From Paraspadella gotoi (taxonomy: Eukaryota > Animalia > Chaetognatha): 64,000 nt of DNA. Every line of letters starts with the position of its first letter. Within the stretch, counting starts at the first letter, position 1. Below, in pieces: positions 25,503 to 39,123 of the stretch. A program made the position numbers and the translations under genes. The stretch lies in assembly GCA_051294375.1 (NCBI GenBank), contig CM119269.1, forward strand, positions 7,809,225 through 7,873,224, read 5' to 3'. A model generated the notes under the pieces. That model was not told the origin of the DNA. It searched no databases and was given only the letters and a program-made list of their open reading frames with translations.

Positions 25503-26238
25503 AATGCCCTTGAAAAGCACTACGGAGGGATTATGTTAGCTTTATTTACACAAGAGAGTTGGTGAATATATATTGAAAGCAAAAATACGAAAAAAAAGAA
25601 AGGGAATATAAGAGGAAGAGAAAAAAGAAGAAAAAAGAAAGAAAAACGAATCAGAAGATAGAAACCATAAAAAGTACAGAAAAGAAAAGAATATAAAAAT
25701 AGAATAAAGGAGAGAAAAGATGAAAAAGATTCAAATTAAAAAAAAAGAAAAGAAGGAAAGATAAAAATGGGAAATAAGAAAGAAAAAAAAGATAAGATAG
25801 AAATGGAACAGACAACAGAAAAGAAGAGAGAAGATATTAAAAAAAGAGAGAAAGGGGAAAAAACCAAAGGTAAATTCGAACAAAAACAAACAAATAAACA
25901 AATAATGAGATAAAAGAGAGAAAATAAAGGGAAAGCGGAACCTCTGAGCAAAAGAAGACCCGAATAAAAAAAAAAGGAAAAAAAGGAAATGAGGAAAAAT
26001 GGAGAAGGAGTTGCTTTGTGACTTTCTGAAGAACGATTTTAGCGCCTCTTTGAGACAAAGAAGGAAAAACAAAGGGGAAGCGTCGAAAAAATAAGAAAAA
26101 GCTAATTATTGTAGACAAAAGGAGTAAAGGAGAGAGAGAAGGAGAGAGAAGAAGAAGAAGAAGGAGAGAGAGAGAGAGGGAGAGAGAGAGGGAGAGAGAG
26201 AGAGAGAGGGAGAGAGAGAGAGAGAGAGAGATTCTTAC

Positions 26239-26376
26239 CTCTTTCCAGTGAGAGAAAGCGTCCCGCGCCGCGTTGCCATGACGACGCCGACGTAAGGCAC
26301 TCGATTCCAAGCATCCGCCATCGCGGATCACAAAGTCGTGGGGAGAAATCACGCCGGACTGGGGACAGTAGGCCAC
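26239..26376 (-). CDS. Internal exon VAYCPQSGVISPHDFVIRDGGCLESSALRRRRHGNAARDAFSHWKE
   Basis: Acceptor ccccccaag| and donor GAG|gtaaga. 138 nt, phase 0 to 0; a phase-1 frame is also open. Confidence 0.6.
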
Positions 26377-26484
26377 CTTGGGGGGCGGGAGATTAATCAA
26401 TCAATCAATCAAGTAATCAAGCAAGCAATCAAGCAATCAAACAATATAGCAATCAATCAAATCAATCGAGATAAAGCAGCTCAC

Positions 26485-26607
26485 CTGAATTTGCGGCGAG
26501 GGCGTCATCGCCGGAAATTTGGCGCCGCCAGAGGCGCCAACGACGGCGGCCGCCAGCGCCGCGGCGGCGTGGGCGAGGGGCGGGACGGCGCCGACGGAGC
26601 AGCGATC
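26485..26607 (-). CDS. Internal exon DRCSVGAVPPLAHAAAALAAAVVGASGGAKFPAMTPSPQIQ
   Basis: Acceptor cccctcttcag| and donor CAG|gtgagc. 123 nt with GC3-rich codons in phase 0. The exon may extend further 5'. Confidence 0.6.
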
Positions 26608-26923
26608 CTGAAGAGGGGGTGTGGGGTGGAGGCAGAGTGTAGGGGAGTCTAGTACGTTGAGTCTTGACATATCGCAGATCGCAGTTCGCCAACGACGAGA
26701 GTTGGTCCAGCGAAATTGATTATTTTTTTAACTATCGATGTCTGGACTAACGGATTTGAGCAGATCGTTTTTTGGATAGGTCCATTGAGAACCGTGATAT
26801 TCAAAGCAGAATTCAAAAATGTGGAATTTAATATAAAAATACGTACACTGTTTTTAAAAGCTCGTGAAAACCTTAAAGGTATTATTATTTTTCACAAGAG
26901 ATGTCGAAGTGTCGGAGAGAGAG

Positions 26924-27005
<82 letters not shown>

Positions 27006-27362
27006 CAGAGACAATGAGAGTGAAGATAAATTATTTGTCTCGTCGAGTTACAAGCCCCTGCTGGAAATCCCGATGTCGGAGGGAAAAAAAATCGTGGGAA
27101 TAAAAAGTTTTAAAAAAAAGGAAAATAAAATGAAATGGAAAAAAAATGGAATTGAAATGGAATTGAAATGGAATGGAATTGAAATGAAATGGAAAAAATG
27201 GAATGGAATTGAAATGGAAGAATAGAAATTGAGAATGGAAAAAACCCATAGGGCGACCATTTTAGAAAAAATCTTTTCGTCTTGTTTTTAAGATATTCAC
27301 AGATTCACAGTTCCCATCGAAGAAGTTAAGTTAGAGATTTGATGGAGAGGCAATAAACTTAC

Positions 27363-27463
27363 CTCTTGGTCTAATTTGGAAGCGAAGAAGGATTTCGGGT
27401 GAGGATGAGGAGAAGTGGGTAAGTCCGTCGGGTAAGTTGACCATTCCTCTCCGTCGAGATAAT
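27363..27463 (-). CDS. Internal exon (D)YLDGEEWSTYPTDLPTSPHPHPKSFFASKLDQE
   Basis: Acceptor ttctccttctcacag| and consensus donor GAG|gtaagt. 101 nt, phase 1 to 0, fitting the next exon. Confidence 0.65.
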
Positions 27464-27522
27464 CTGTGAGAAGGAGAATGAGGTATTATTGAAAGAAAGA
27501 AATAAGGATAGAAAAAAAACTA

Positions 27523-27650
<128 letters not shown>

Positions 27651-27779
27651 AAAAAAGAAAGAAAGAACTAATCTAACCGAACCGACTTTCACTTACCACC
27701 CGAACCAATAAAAACCAACCAAACCCAGACCCACCCCTCCCCTCTCCTTCCGCCTCCCTCCCATCTCCAACCCCCACAC

Positions 27780-28409
27780 CTTTCGTCGTCGGCGACATCG
27801 GCGAAGTGGACGTTCCCGCGACGGATTCGCTCCGCCGCCCCAGCCGCAGCCGCGCAGTGCGAGAGGATTTCCGCAGCGTCGCCGTCGTCGTCGAGAATCG
27901 ACTGGAGAGAAGCTCGGAGATCGACGGCGACTTGGAGGGGCCTTTGGGGGCCTGGCGGGTCTGAGGATGCGGGGCGGGGTCGGCCGAAGCCGCCGCGGTC
28001 TTGGAGGAGGAAGAGGGGTAGGGAGGGGGAGCGTGGGAGGACGGCTGCTGCGGCTGCTGCGGCGGAGAACGGGGCCGAGGCGTCACCACGGAAACCTGCG
28101 GCGACGACGAGGAGACCGACCGTTTGGACAGAGGCACTTGGGCTGCGGCGGTGGCGGTGGCGGCGGAGGATGCCGAAGCGGTCGTTGAGGCCGCCAGAGG
28201 CGACGTCGGCGGCGGAGGGCGGTGAGCCAGCGGCGGCGGCGGCGCGTGCGGCTCTGAATGACTGCGGTTCTTGTGACTCATCTTGGGATTTCGTGTGAGA
28301 CGAGAGGCGAAGAGAGATCTGGGTTGTTTTTTGTTTTTTTTGGGGGGGGCAAGTAAGAAAGGGGGAGGATGAAGGCTGATGTGATATCGATCGATATCCG
28401 TCGGGAATT
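27780..28409 (-). CDS. Large Pro/Ser/Ala-rich exon (FPTDIDRY...PRSLFASRLTRNPKMSHKNRSHSEP...PPPY...SISELLSSRF...LRLGRRSESV...SPMSPTTK)
   Basis: Acceptor tcttttctcag| at 28409 and an open frame continuous with ORF 27673..28281. GC-rich island. The donor is uncertain (G|gtgtgg at 27780 or gtaagt near 27697). Confidence 0.65.
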
Positions 28410-28449
28410 CTGAGAAAAGATCAGAGCGTTAGATGGTCACTCGATACAA

Positions 28450-28895
28450 TTAGACAGACAGTCTGACAGAACGCCTGACAGACAACCAGGCGGGCGATTG
28501 AACATTCAGTCTGTCAGTTAGACGAAATGCCCGAATGACAGCTTGGAAAAGTGCTTGTCGGAGATCCAAATAAAGACCAAGACAAGCAAACAAAAATACA
28601 GTTAAACAGAGAGACTAACAGACTTACTGCCTGATAGCTAGACAGACAGCCAAATAGACCAACAAAAGTATTTCCTGATAGCCAGACAGCCAACAATAAA
28701 AACTGACGTATTGCAAGACAGAGAGACAGAAAGTTAAGCAGATAGAATAACAGACTTACTGCCCGATGGCCAGTCAGACAGACAGACAGACATTAAAACC
28801 AACAAACGTATTGCCTGATAGCCAGACTGAAAGACAACCATAATGACCAACAGACGTACTGCCGGATAGCCAGACTGACAGACAGACATACAGTT
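28450..28895 (+). repeat. Degenerate GACA-rich satellite with ctgcctgatagccagac units
   Basis: Recurrent tactgcctgatagccagac and (gaca)n. Confidence 0.7.
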
Positions 28896-30332
28896 AATAT
28901 CTTCTTTTTTTTTTATCAAAAAAGCCTGGATTTTTTTTCTCCTCTTTTCCTTTTTCCTCTTTTAATATTTAATTCGAGAAATTGGCGCAAATTGCCGACG
29001 CAGATGTGAGAGAAGATTCAAGGCTGAAATTCCATTGAGGCTTCGGTCGTAATTCACTTCTTTTTAAAGTTGCTTCAGCTCCTTTTTTTCATATATTATA
29101 TATATATATATATTCGGTTTGGCTTTAATGGAAAATATGGACTTGAATTTTGGGTTTTGGTCACTTCTTTGGGGAATATATATAAAATGGTACATATAAT
29201 TCTGTATAATTGGCGGGCGATTATATTCTTTCATCATTTCATCGACATCTTTCATCTTTTGCTGATTGGCTGCTTGCCTTTTTGACAAGTTGCCTCTTCA
29301 GCACTTGTCCTAAACGTATGCTTCTTGTTTTTGACTGCTTGCCTTTTTTTTTTCTTTCTGACATCTTGCTTTTTTTCGACTGCTTGCGTTTTTTACAAGC
29401 TTTCCTTTTTCGGTTTGCTTTTTTTTTTTGGCCTGATTACGATCGCGACTTCGTTATCAGAAAAAAAAACGGATTCAAAATGAACCGAAAGCGGCAGCTA
29501 ACCACGAGGAAGGGCTTGTTAAATAATAAGTAATTTAAATATTTTATAATAACTCTTAGAATTCGGCCAATTACTATTCAAGTTATCTTCATCATGATTC
29601 GAATTATCGTCGTTGTTAATTCTTTAGGATCTAAATTCTATTTTTAGACGGTCTACATTTAATTAATAGATATGATCGGATTTATTTTAACCGCGCCTGA
29701 CCGAGCAACTTCTTAGATTCGATTCGAAATAGAAGGTTTGGTGAAAGGGGGAGGAAAATGGTCAGGGGTGGAAAGTAATGGGATTCGGATGGGATTGGTT
29801 TAGGTGTGGAAAGGAAAGTGTTAGAGTAAGAAAAAAAAAGAGTTAGGGGGGAAAGGAAAGGTTTAAGGGTGAAAGGTCAAGGGTTAGGGGTGGAAAGTAA
29901 AGGGTAAGGAAAGGGTTAGAGTTTTGGGGGCGGTGAAGTGTTAGTTAAACGAGTAATCTCGTTTGGAGTTCATTCAACCCTCCAAGTCTCTTTCTGACTT
30001 TATCGATTTCTTTTCTTCTCTTTTCTTCTCCTTTTCTCTTTTCTCTTTCGTCTTTTCTTTCCTTCAACTTTATTTCTCTCTCTTCTCTGGTTCTCGTCGT
30101 CTCGTCGTGATCTCGTCTTCTATTCTCTCTCCTCGTCCTCGTCTCATCTCTCTCTCTCTCTCTCTCTCTCTCCTCTCCTCTCTCTCAACTGACTTCTCTC
30201 GCATTACCTCACCCTCTCTCGGCCTCACTTCTTTCACACTATCTCGACTTCTCTCTTCTCTCGCTAACTCTTTACGTATCTCTTCCGTCTTTTTACTTCT
30301 CTCTTTGGCTCTTTCAATCCCATTCTTATTTC

Positions 30333-30473
30333 GGCCATATTTTCCAAACGTTGAACCAATTTAATTATTAAGTTTAAAATTTAAGTTAAGGTCAGGATAC
30401 AAGTTAGGCTAGGGATTTTGGGGTCAGGGGGGGAGGATAAGGTTAGTAGGAAGCCGTTATAGAAAAAGAAGCC
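30333..30473. mobile_element. Short TIR element with internal TTAGG(G)-like repeats, copy E
   Basis: Left ggccatattttccaaacg, right cgttatagaaaaagaagcc, interior ttaagg/gttagg/ctaggg. Confidence 0.5.
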
Positions 30474-31786
30474 AGTGACTTTTTCTTATATTTTTATATC
30501 GATAGATGTGGAATGACGGGAATATTGTAAATCTCAAGTTTTGCTTTAATCGGACCTCACTTGTGGAGAAATCTTAGGAAACCAATCAAAATTCCAACCC
30601 TTTTTTTCAACATTCTCGCCTTTTAAGATTTTCGCCGATTCTGACTTCCTCTTACAAACTTATAATTCCGCTAGTTAATTTTTTTTTCTTAAACGAGCGA
30701 AGGGAATCCACAACTTTCTGTTATTTTATGATTTCTGGGTAAAAAATATAATAAATTACATTAACATTGGGATATTATGAAAGTATAATGTCTTGTGAAG
30801 CCTGTGAGAGTTAAATAATAAAAAATTCGCCTATTTATTATTGAAAATGACAGTAAAGTGAAGAAGTTGAATGTCTTCTGGCTCATTTCAGTAAACATCC
30901 CTGTTCTCTAGCATAAAATAATGTTTACTTTTTGCTGGTGGAAAAGAAAGATAAATACTTAGCTGTGATGGGGTGAATAATATTTTGTAGAATTTTGTAA
31001 GCATGCTTGTAAAATCAGACAAGCAAATATTTAAGTGACAAAAATTCACATTTTCTTTATCCAAAAAACTTTAAAGTTTTACTAGAGTACAATTTAGCCT
31101 TTTTTCTTTCAGAATCATTAAAAAAATTAAATTTTCATTTATTCTTATGGGGTGTCATTAGTTTTAAAATTCATTATAATTTTGATTAGTTTGACACTCA
31201 CCCTGTAAGGAGGTTTCAGCATAAGTAATTCTAAAATTGTATCTTGTATGTGCCCTATGATTATGGTTTCATTTTGGTACTATTACCATCCCTTTATCTT
31301 TATTCCTTCAAAAGATATTAGGAAAATCAGTTTTTTTTCTCAACCTTCCTTTTAATTTCTTTTTAAATAAAATTTCGCGATTCAAACCGGACTATTTTCA
31401 TTTAAACCTGATCATTTTATGTCAAAATCATTATAAAATTGAAAAAAAAAAATAGGACAAGCTCTTCAGACACACAAGCTAGTCAGAAATGCGAAATTCT
31501 TATAGGATCGCCTATGTTTTAACAGAGAACATATAGATAATCCGTGCATTAAGTTTGTAAACTTTCCCTTTCATTTCATAGTAAAAATGGAGGTTTGAAA
31601 ATTCTCCGGAGATGAGTAGTGCATTTCCCCTGGCTTGTTTGATATTAAATCCTTTATCAAATGCCATAAAACGAATAGGACAAGCTCTTCAGATGCAACG
31701 CTCTCGGAATCGTGCGTTTTTACAAGTGTTTTTAACCGAATTTCTGGCAAACGCGTTTGCATATTGGGTAGTCAGATTTGAACGGA

Positions 31787-31964
31787 ATTCTCTATTTGAA
31801 AAATGTTGAAATTTTTTTTTAAGCGAGATTCTCGTCTAAGGTAGGGATTCGGGTAAGGGATTAAAGATTAAGGTTAGTAATTAAGTTATAGGTTTGGTAA
31901 TAATATTTAAAATTTATTTTAGCGATGTAGGAATAGAAATGGGGCGTTTTTGAAAAAGAGAGCC
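31787..31964. mobile_element. Short TIR element with internal TTAGGG-like repeats, copy F (duplicated at ~40460-40646)
   Basis: Right end gaaatggggcgtttttgaaaaagagagcc, degenerate left end ctctatttgaaaaatgttgaaattt, interior ggtagggattcgggtaagggattaaagattaaggttag. Confidence 0.55.
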
Positions 31965-33178
31965 CAAGACTATTTACTTTTCTCCTCTCTTCACCTTTCT
32001 TTTGCTTATATTATAAGTTATAATATAATTAGTTATACATCTTGTTTCTATTTTTCTCTTATTCTTCGCTCAAAGAAAAGTGTGAAACTGGAAGAGTATC
32101 ACCCGGTAGATGGCCATCTGGTTATATCGCTCGAGGGCGAAAGCGAGGTTCATTTGTTTTTATGACGCGCCACGACATCTATCGGTTCTTTTTATATAAC
32201 TTCTTTTCTCTTTACTTTTTCCTCCTACTTCTCCCATCCTAGTTTCTGTTTTTCAGAGTATCACTCCTTTATTTTTACAAATAATAATACAATTTTTTTT
32301 CATTGATAATTTAATTTTAAAGGTCTTTCTTTAAATTTCTTCCTCGTTTCATTCTTCATGTACTTCAACGTTTTTTTCCGCTGTTCTTTTCTTTCTTTTT
32401 TCTACTTTAAAACGAAAATCGATAAAGTATCGATTCTGTTTTGTTTTCTTTGTTTTTTTTAAACAAAAGACAAAATTAGATTCTCGATGCTTCTCGTCAA
32501 ACAGATGTCGAACGCAGATTTAATTATTCTCCATCCGTACGTCTTCGCCTCTGTACGGATTCCTCAGTCACGTACTCATCACACACATCTCTATCACTCA
32601 CACACAATCTCTTTCTCAAGTTTTTCTCCAGCGTTTTTAATCTCTTTGTCCATTCTACTCATGTCTTTGTCCTTTGTTCTATTTTATTTTCACAGTGTTT
32701 TTTCTCTGCCTGCCCGTTTTTTTTTCATAACTTTTCATACCCTTCTACACCCCTGTGCGCCTCTCTTCCCCACCCCTGCCCTCCCCACCTCCTCGCAAAA
32801 CTTACGCACAAGTAAAAAGAACTCACTTTCTTTTCTGATTTGAGTCTATCGGAAAATATGTACAAATGATTAAATTATAAATTTATATAGTTTTTAGCCG
32901 GATCTTCTTCGTAAAAAAAAACAAATGTCACATTACACAATTGAATTTTGCATGTTTTTTTTATCTTGAGACAGAGGCAATTTAAGTTTAAAATACCTCA
33001 ATTGATAGTAAATTATATTAAATTTAAAAAAAATTACGATTCATCAAAAGTTATCATCTTAATGAACGGCATTGTTTGGTCATTCTTATTATTCTTTCAC
33101 TATCAGTCGTCCAAAGGTTTCGTCACAGATTAGGATGCAAACAGTTATTTTTTCAAAAAATCCACGACATCGAAGTAC

Positions 33179-33338
33179 CTTTTGTTTTTCGAGGCGGCGC
33201 TCTCTTCTCCGGGGGGCGAGATAGCGCCGCGGGGCGCCGCGACCTCCTGCGTCGAGGACGACGGCTCCGTCGTCTTCCCGGGCGGCGTCGCTTCCGTCGC
33301 GCCGGAAATCGCCTCCGTCTCCGACAGAGGGCGCGATC
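33179..33338 (-). CDS. Internal exon (G)SRPLSETEAISGATEATPPGKTTEPSSSTQEVAAPRGAISPPGEESAASKNK
   Basis: Acceptor aaaccccag| and donor AAG|gtactt. Phase-1 entry matches exon 34107-34346. The exit phase (2) conflicts with the next exon but lies in an A-homopolymer that differs between the two duplicate copies. Confidence 0.6.
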
Positions 33339-34106
33339 CTGGGGTTTGGAGGGGAATATGCAGATACATAATGTAAATTTAAAAATGTAATTCTTTTATG
33401 TAATGTAAAGTAATGTAATGTAATTATGTAATGTAATGCAATACGAAGTTATGTATTTCTTTAATGTTTTGAAACGTAACGTAATTCTTCAAAGTTATTA
33501 AGCTAACGTCACTGTTTACATGAATAAATTTGCCATTTTACCATAAAATTCTATCTGAAATTGCAACTTTCATAGTAAAAAGAATAAGTAATTTATCAAT
33601 TTTCATAATGTACGTAAAAAAGAAACTGACAGAAAAGTAATTCTGACAAGACCAGTTTTTTTTCCTCGAGCATAACATATTTGTGTTTGTCATTTATTGG
33701 CATCAGAGACTCGAGCTCATTTCGAGTAATGAATGTGATTTAAAGAGAAAGATTTTCTCAAAATTCCGGATCCTTTATCTTCTTCTTACTTTTCTTTTTT
33801 CCTCCTGTTCTTTATATTTTATATAATCCCTTTATTTTCTCCTCTTCTTTAATTTTCCCTTCCCTTTCTTTCCTTTCTCCCTCCCTTCTCTTTACCTTTC
33901 TTTCCGTCCCTCCTCCTTACTTTCTCCTTTCTCTTTCTTATCTCCGTCTCTCCCTTCTTTCCTCTTTCTATTCCTTTCCTTTCTCCCTCCTATTTTTCTC
34001 CTTTGGCCACCATCTTCTCCCTCTCAGTCTCTCCCTTCCTTTCTCTTTTCCTTTTCTCCCTCCTCCTCCTCCTCCTCCTCCTCCTCTTCCTTCTCCCCCA
34101 CCCCAC

Positions 34107-34346
34107 CTGGCGTCTCTCCGTTAAGAATCCGCTTGGCACCGCGCCCTTCGACGAGCGTCGCTTGGCGCCGCGAGACTGCCGGCGAGGACCGCGCCGGCGC
34201 CGCGGACGATGACGCGACCGACGACGAAATTAGCGGCGTCGTCGTCGTCGTTGTCGTCGTCGTCGTTGTGGCACCGGGAGACGTCATCGGCATCGTCGTC
34301 GTCGTCGTCGTCGTCTTCAACGTCGAATCGATTCGTTGTTGTTCAT
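34107..34346 (-). CDS. Internal exon (D)EQQRIDSTLKTTTTTTTMPMTSPG...SPAVSRRQATLVEGRGAKRILNGETP
   Basis: Acceptor ttcttgtctttag| and donor CAG|gtgggg. 240 nt, phase 1 to 1, open. Confidence 0.65.
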
Positions 34347-35927
34347 CTAAAGACAAGAAATAGGAGAGAAAAAAAAAGTAAAAATAATGTAAAAAAAAAG
34401 TAATGGGAAAAAAAATAGTTTATGTACATCTGACATGAATTACGTAATATCGTTTTATCTTTGTAACATTCTCTTTATTTTTCTCTCTTCTCTTATTTAT
34501 GTTCCCGTCTTTTTTCTTCTTCACTTTATTTTTCTCTTTGCTTCTTTAATTCACTGCTCTTTGCTTCGACCTTAATTGAATTTGCCGGTTACTTTTTTAC
34601 CCTCTTTTTATTTTCATTAAGTTAGTCCTTTTGAGTTTTATTTGCGCCGCGAGTCCTCGCGAGTACTCGCGGAGCAACTCTACAAGACACTTGGGTGTCG
34701 GTCCGTCGGTCTGTCTCACTTATTGTTAAATGCTTATAATTGGGGAAATTCTTCATCAATTTAGTTAATATTTTTGTAACATCACGTGATAATTATAAAA
34801 TTTAACGCGGCTTAAATTCGGTTGCCATTTTGTTAAATTTTCTAAATCTCCAAACTAAACAACAGCTGGCGCTACCTTTAATTTTTGGGAAATCAATAAA
34901 AATAAAAGATAAAATTCCGATACATTGTGTAGCATGTTAATTACATGATCACACGAAAATATACTAAAGTCACTGGGGCGCAACAATTTGGAATTACCGT
35001 TCTTGTTTTTAAGTCAGTCTCTTTCTTCTCTTGCTCTATTTGAGCTTCGATGGTGACACTTCCTCATAAGGAAAACGCCACCCGTCGTTTTCGCCCACAC
35101 CCCCGACAACCCCCTTCGCTCCCCCCACGCCCTCGTGCCACTCAGAGTCTCCTCCCTCATCTTAGATCAACTTTCAACCGCATTTACATTTCGGAGATTT
35201 AACTTCTTCTTCTTTTATATTTCTTATCTTCTTCTCCTTTTTCTTCTTCTCTTTATTTTTCTTATCTTCTTCTCCTTCTTTTTCTTCTTCTTCTTTCCTT
35301 TATATTTCTCATCTTCTTCTCCTTCTTTTTCTTCTTCTTCTACTTCCTTCCCTCTTTTATTATCCCTGGTCTAAAACCCTCTGTTCCGATTCCACGGGTT
35401 AAATCGTTCGAACTAAGAATCCAACTCTGAACAGAGAAAATCCCAAGAGACTTTTTGTCTTTTTTTTTTGGCCGCTGTCGATGCCTTTGCTTTGGCCGCA
35501 ACAACGGTTTATTAATGTAACTGTATTGTAGTCATTGCATTGTTACCCACCTTAAATTATGTTTAAACGTCTAGGTATTATTGTTCACTTAAACAAAGTA
35601 GCACTTTGTATTTCTACTCAATGATCAAGTTCCGTTTTATAGTCAAAGTCTCAAACGATTCTTTTCTCTTTAATTCACCTCGCGTTTTCCTTTTCTCCAG
35701 TTTTACTGGCGATTGTCTTCCCCGAGAGCTAATTCTCAATTCTTCCCCACGAGTTGATCCCCACGCTCGGAGATACGTCCCCTTTTCTCTACTGCGCCAT
35801 TAATCGCCTCTTGGGATTGTTCCCCCTTTACTCAATTCCCCTGGGGATTTTTCCCCAAAGAAAAACTGCACGTCACCCAAGGAAATCCTTTTCACGTGAC
35901 TTGATTCTTAAAAACGATACCGAATTC

Positions 35928-36190
35928 CTTGACACCTCTGATGCCACGGAATCCCCATACCGCCCCCTAACACCACCCTGACACCCCGACAGGGATCCCT
36001 CTGACACCCTCTGACTCCCCAAGACCCCTGGTGGCCCCCCCCTGGATGCCGTCTGACACCTCAATATCTCTCGAAGCCTTCTAAAACGCAAACTCTGGAT
36101 GCCTCCTGACACCCAAAAACCTCCAGACGCCCCTTGTAACAAAAGACCCTAGGACGACCCCTGACACCCCAAGACCCACGGACACCCTTC
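35928..36190 (+). repeat. Degenerate C-rich minisatellite (ccctgacacccc units); second copy at ~44830-45090
   Basis: Recurrent ctgacacc. Confidence 0.7.
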
Positions 36191-36766
36191 GTCTTTTTTC
36201 GTTGATGAGGCGAATAATTTATTGGCTTTTTTCCTTTTTTTCCCTTTTTTTCCTTTTATCTTTGTCAGGCGTCTAAACAAAGATGAAACTGGAAAAAAAA
36301 GGAAGGAAAAGAAGTGAAAGAAGAAACGCGTCCAACTCGCGACGTAGATTCCATCCCTAATTTTTGTGGGTGTGTGTGAGAGTTTTTTTTAAATCTTAAT
36401 CTTCTTTCGATGACTTAATAAACTAAATCGGCAAAAGCTTTTTGTTATTATATATTGCGACTCTCGATCTATTCCATAAATACCAATTTACATATTATAT
36501 CAATAAATACAACAACGACTTTCTTTAACAATTAGGAATTATCAGTACAGCTAGGGCAAAGTGATGTAATAAAAAATTTAACTTTTTTAACCGATAACGA
36601 TTTTACAAATTGATAAGAATAAATACATTTTCACAAGGCCAGGTTCCGTTTTAATTAACACGCGATACCAATCAGAAAAGCTTTGCAACGCTGAGCCTTT
36701 TCGCCACCGATTAGATTGTCATCATTTCACAATAATAGTTCAGCAACGCCGGGCTCCCTCCTTTAC

Positions 36767-36830
36767 CTCCCGATTCAGCGAAGCGAGGTCCGCGCGGCGT
36801 CACTGCCACGCCCACCAGGCGTCAGCGGCG
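36767..36830 (-). CDS. Small exon, consensus PLTPGGVAVTPRGPRFAESG
   Basis: Acceptor cattttccag| and donor GAG|gtaaag. Each duplicate (36767-36830 and 45671-45734) is 64 nt with a different single extra base; removing it gives a 63-nt phase 1 to 1 exon. Confidence 0.5.
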
Positions 36831-36912
36831 CTGGAAAATGACGCCGGGCGAGAAGATTCGGATAGGAGATCAAGAAGGGAAACATTGAAAGGTGAGGGGG
36901 TTGGGGGTGATT

Positions 36913-37014
<102 letters not shown>

Positions 37015-37469
37015 GAGACAGTTGGGATGAAGAAAAAAAAGGAGATATACAAAGTTCAGAGTCGAAATTTGTCAACTTCATTCGATTTTGTTTCCATTTT
37101 GCTTTATCTCTGTTTTTTGTTTCACAATCAATTGTTTTTATTAATTTTTGTTTTATGGTTTTGGTTTAGGTTTTATTTATTTCTCCGTCTTATTTTTGTT
37201 TTTGTTATTATTTTCTTTCTCGTTTCTGTTTCGGTTTTTCTTTTGTTTTGCTTTTGTTTTTTGTTTTTTGTTTTCTTTTTGTGGTGACTAATTTTGGTGG
37301 GGATGACGAATTTGGGCGCCGAAAAGTGCGAATCGAATCCTGGAAAAGAAAAATAAAATAATTTGTCTAATTCAAAGTTAACATTTAATTCTTTAAATTT
37401 GATTAGAATAAATAAAGTAAAAGACAGAATAGTAAGAATTGAAGGAGGGAGGAAGGGAGAGAGATAGTT

Positions 37470-37555
<86 letters not shown>

Positions 37556-37873
37556 CGAGGAAAGAGAGAATAATCATTTACGTCTATGATTAAACCAAAT
37601 TCGTTTACGGTTACTACTCTACCTTTCAAGTCTTTTATGTTTGGCCTCAGTAGACGTTATTATAACAAGAGAATAAAACTAATAGCTAATTGAATTAAGA
37701 AAAATATAAAACAAAGGTTTCTAAGCAATAAGATGGTTTTGAAAAAAAAAAAGCAGTTTGTATTGTCTGATTCCACATTCCACTTTTTCTCTTAGAGGCC
37801 TAACATCTCCCGCTCATTGCCTCTTGCCTATCTTTAGATCCGACCTCTCTCCCAATCTCTTAGATCTGACAAC

Positions 37874-37995
<122 letters not shown>

Positions 37996-38124
37996 TCTTT
38001 TCAGTCTCTTCACGTCTCCTATTTTTTCGCTTCTGTTCTTGCATCGTCATTTCTTCTGTGTACGACTGCTAAATTTTTATTCCAGGGATTCTCCGGTTCA
38101 ACACTTGGTGACAACTCTGTCTGT

Positions 38125-38212
<88 letters not shown>

Positions 38213-38364
38213 GCTTTCTATTTCAACCACCCCCCAACGTCCATAGTCCGGTTCACGCCAAGAATCATGTTCGTAGCCTGAATCAATACTCCTCTCTGAA
38301 TCCTAATGAAGCGCAAATTAGAAAAAAATTCGTAAAAACGTGAAAGTGAAAAGAGAAACAATGA

Positions 38365-38404
<40 letters not shown>

Positions 38405-39087
38405 AATAGAAAAAAAGAAAGAAAGAAAGAAAGAAAGAAAGAAAAAAGAAAAAAAAAGAAAAGAAAGAAAGAGAAAGAAAGAAAGAAAGAAAGAAAGAAA
38501 GGAATGAAAAGAGAGAAATGGTGTTTCCACCATTTGCAGTTGCGGCTTATGAATTATTCCGGGCGTCAATCAAGACTGAAGCGCGAGTTCGATCATAATT
38601 CAGTTTTTTCTTCTTTTTTTTTTCTATTTAAAACTTTTTTTTAAAATCTCTCGAAGACGAAAAATAAACGAGAGTCGAGATTACATTTATGAAAAAATAC
38701 GGATTACGTTGTCTCGCTTAAGATGTCAATTTGTAAAAGAAGAAAAATCGGATTCAATTTGAAATGTATTGTCTGGAGACAGTAAAGTTCGTGTGGTCGT
38801 GAAGTTGATAACAAATTGATTCCACTGTTTTGGCCGAAACAGAAGAAAAAAAAACTGTTTTGAAATAAAAACAGAAAAATTGGAGAGAAAAAAAAATTAA
38901 CGACGATTTTTTAGTTTTGGTTGAGAAAATTCCGCTTCTGATTTTTGTGATATTGAAATATTGACTGACTTTTTGGACTGTTGATTTGAGAGGAATTGAA
39001 ATATTGACTGACTTTCGCACTGAGTTTCAGAGTTGAAATTCATTGCTTGACTTTGCGATGATTTCGCATGTATCGGTTTTTATGTAA

Positions 39088-39122
<35 letters not shown>

Positions 39123-39123
<1 letters not shown>

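Noticed and set aside
29190-29460. Lys-rich minus-strand coding-like stretch (…QQKMKDVDEMMKEYNRPP…)
   Set aside because: It needs frameshifts, lacks clear splice sites and resembles no family I recognise.
34647-34672. GC-rich palindrome cgcgagtactcgcg as a Helitron 3' hairpin
   Set aside because: The downstream CTAG appears only in the noisy duplicate, and no 5' end or second independent copy is visible.
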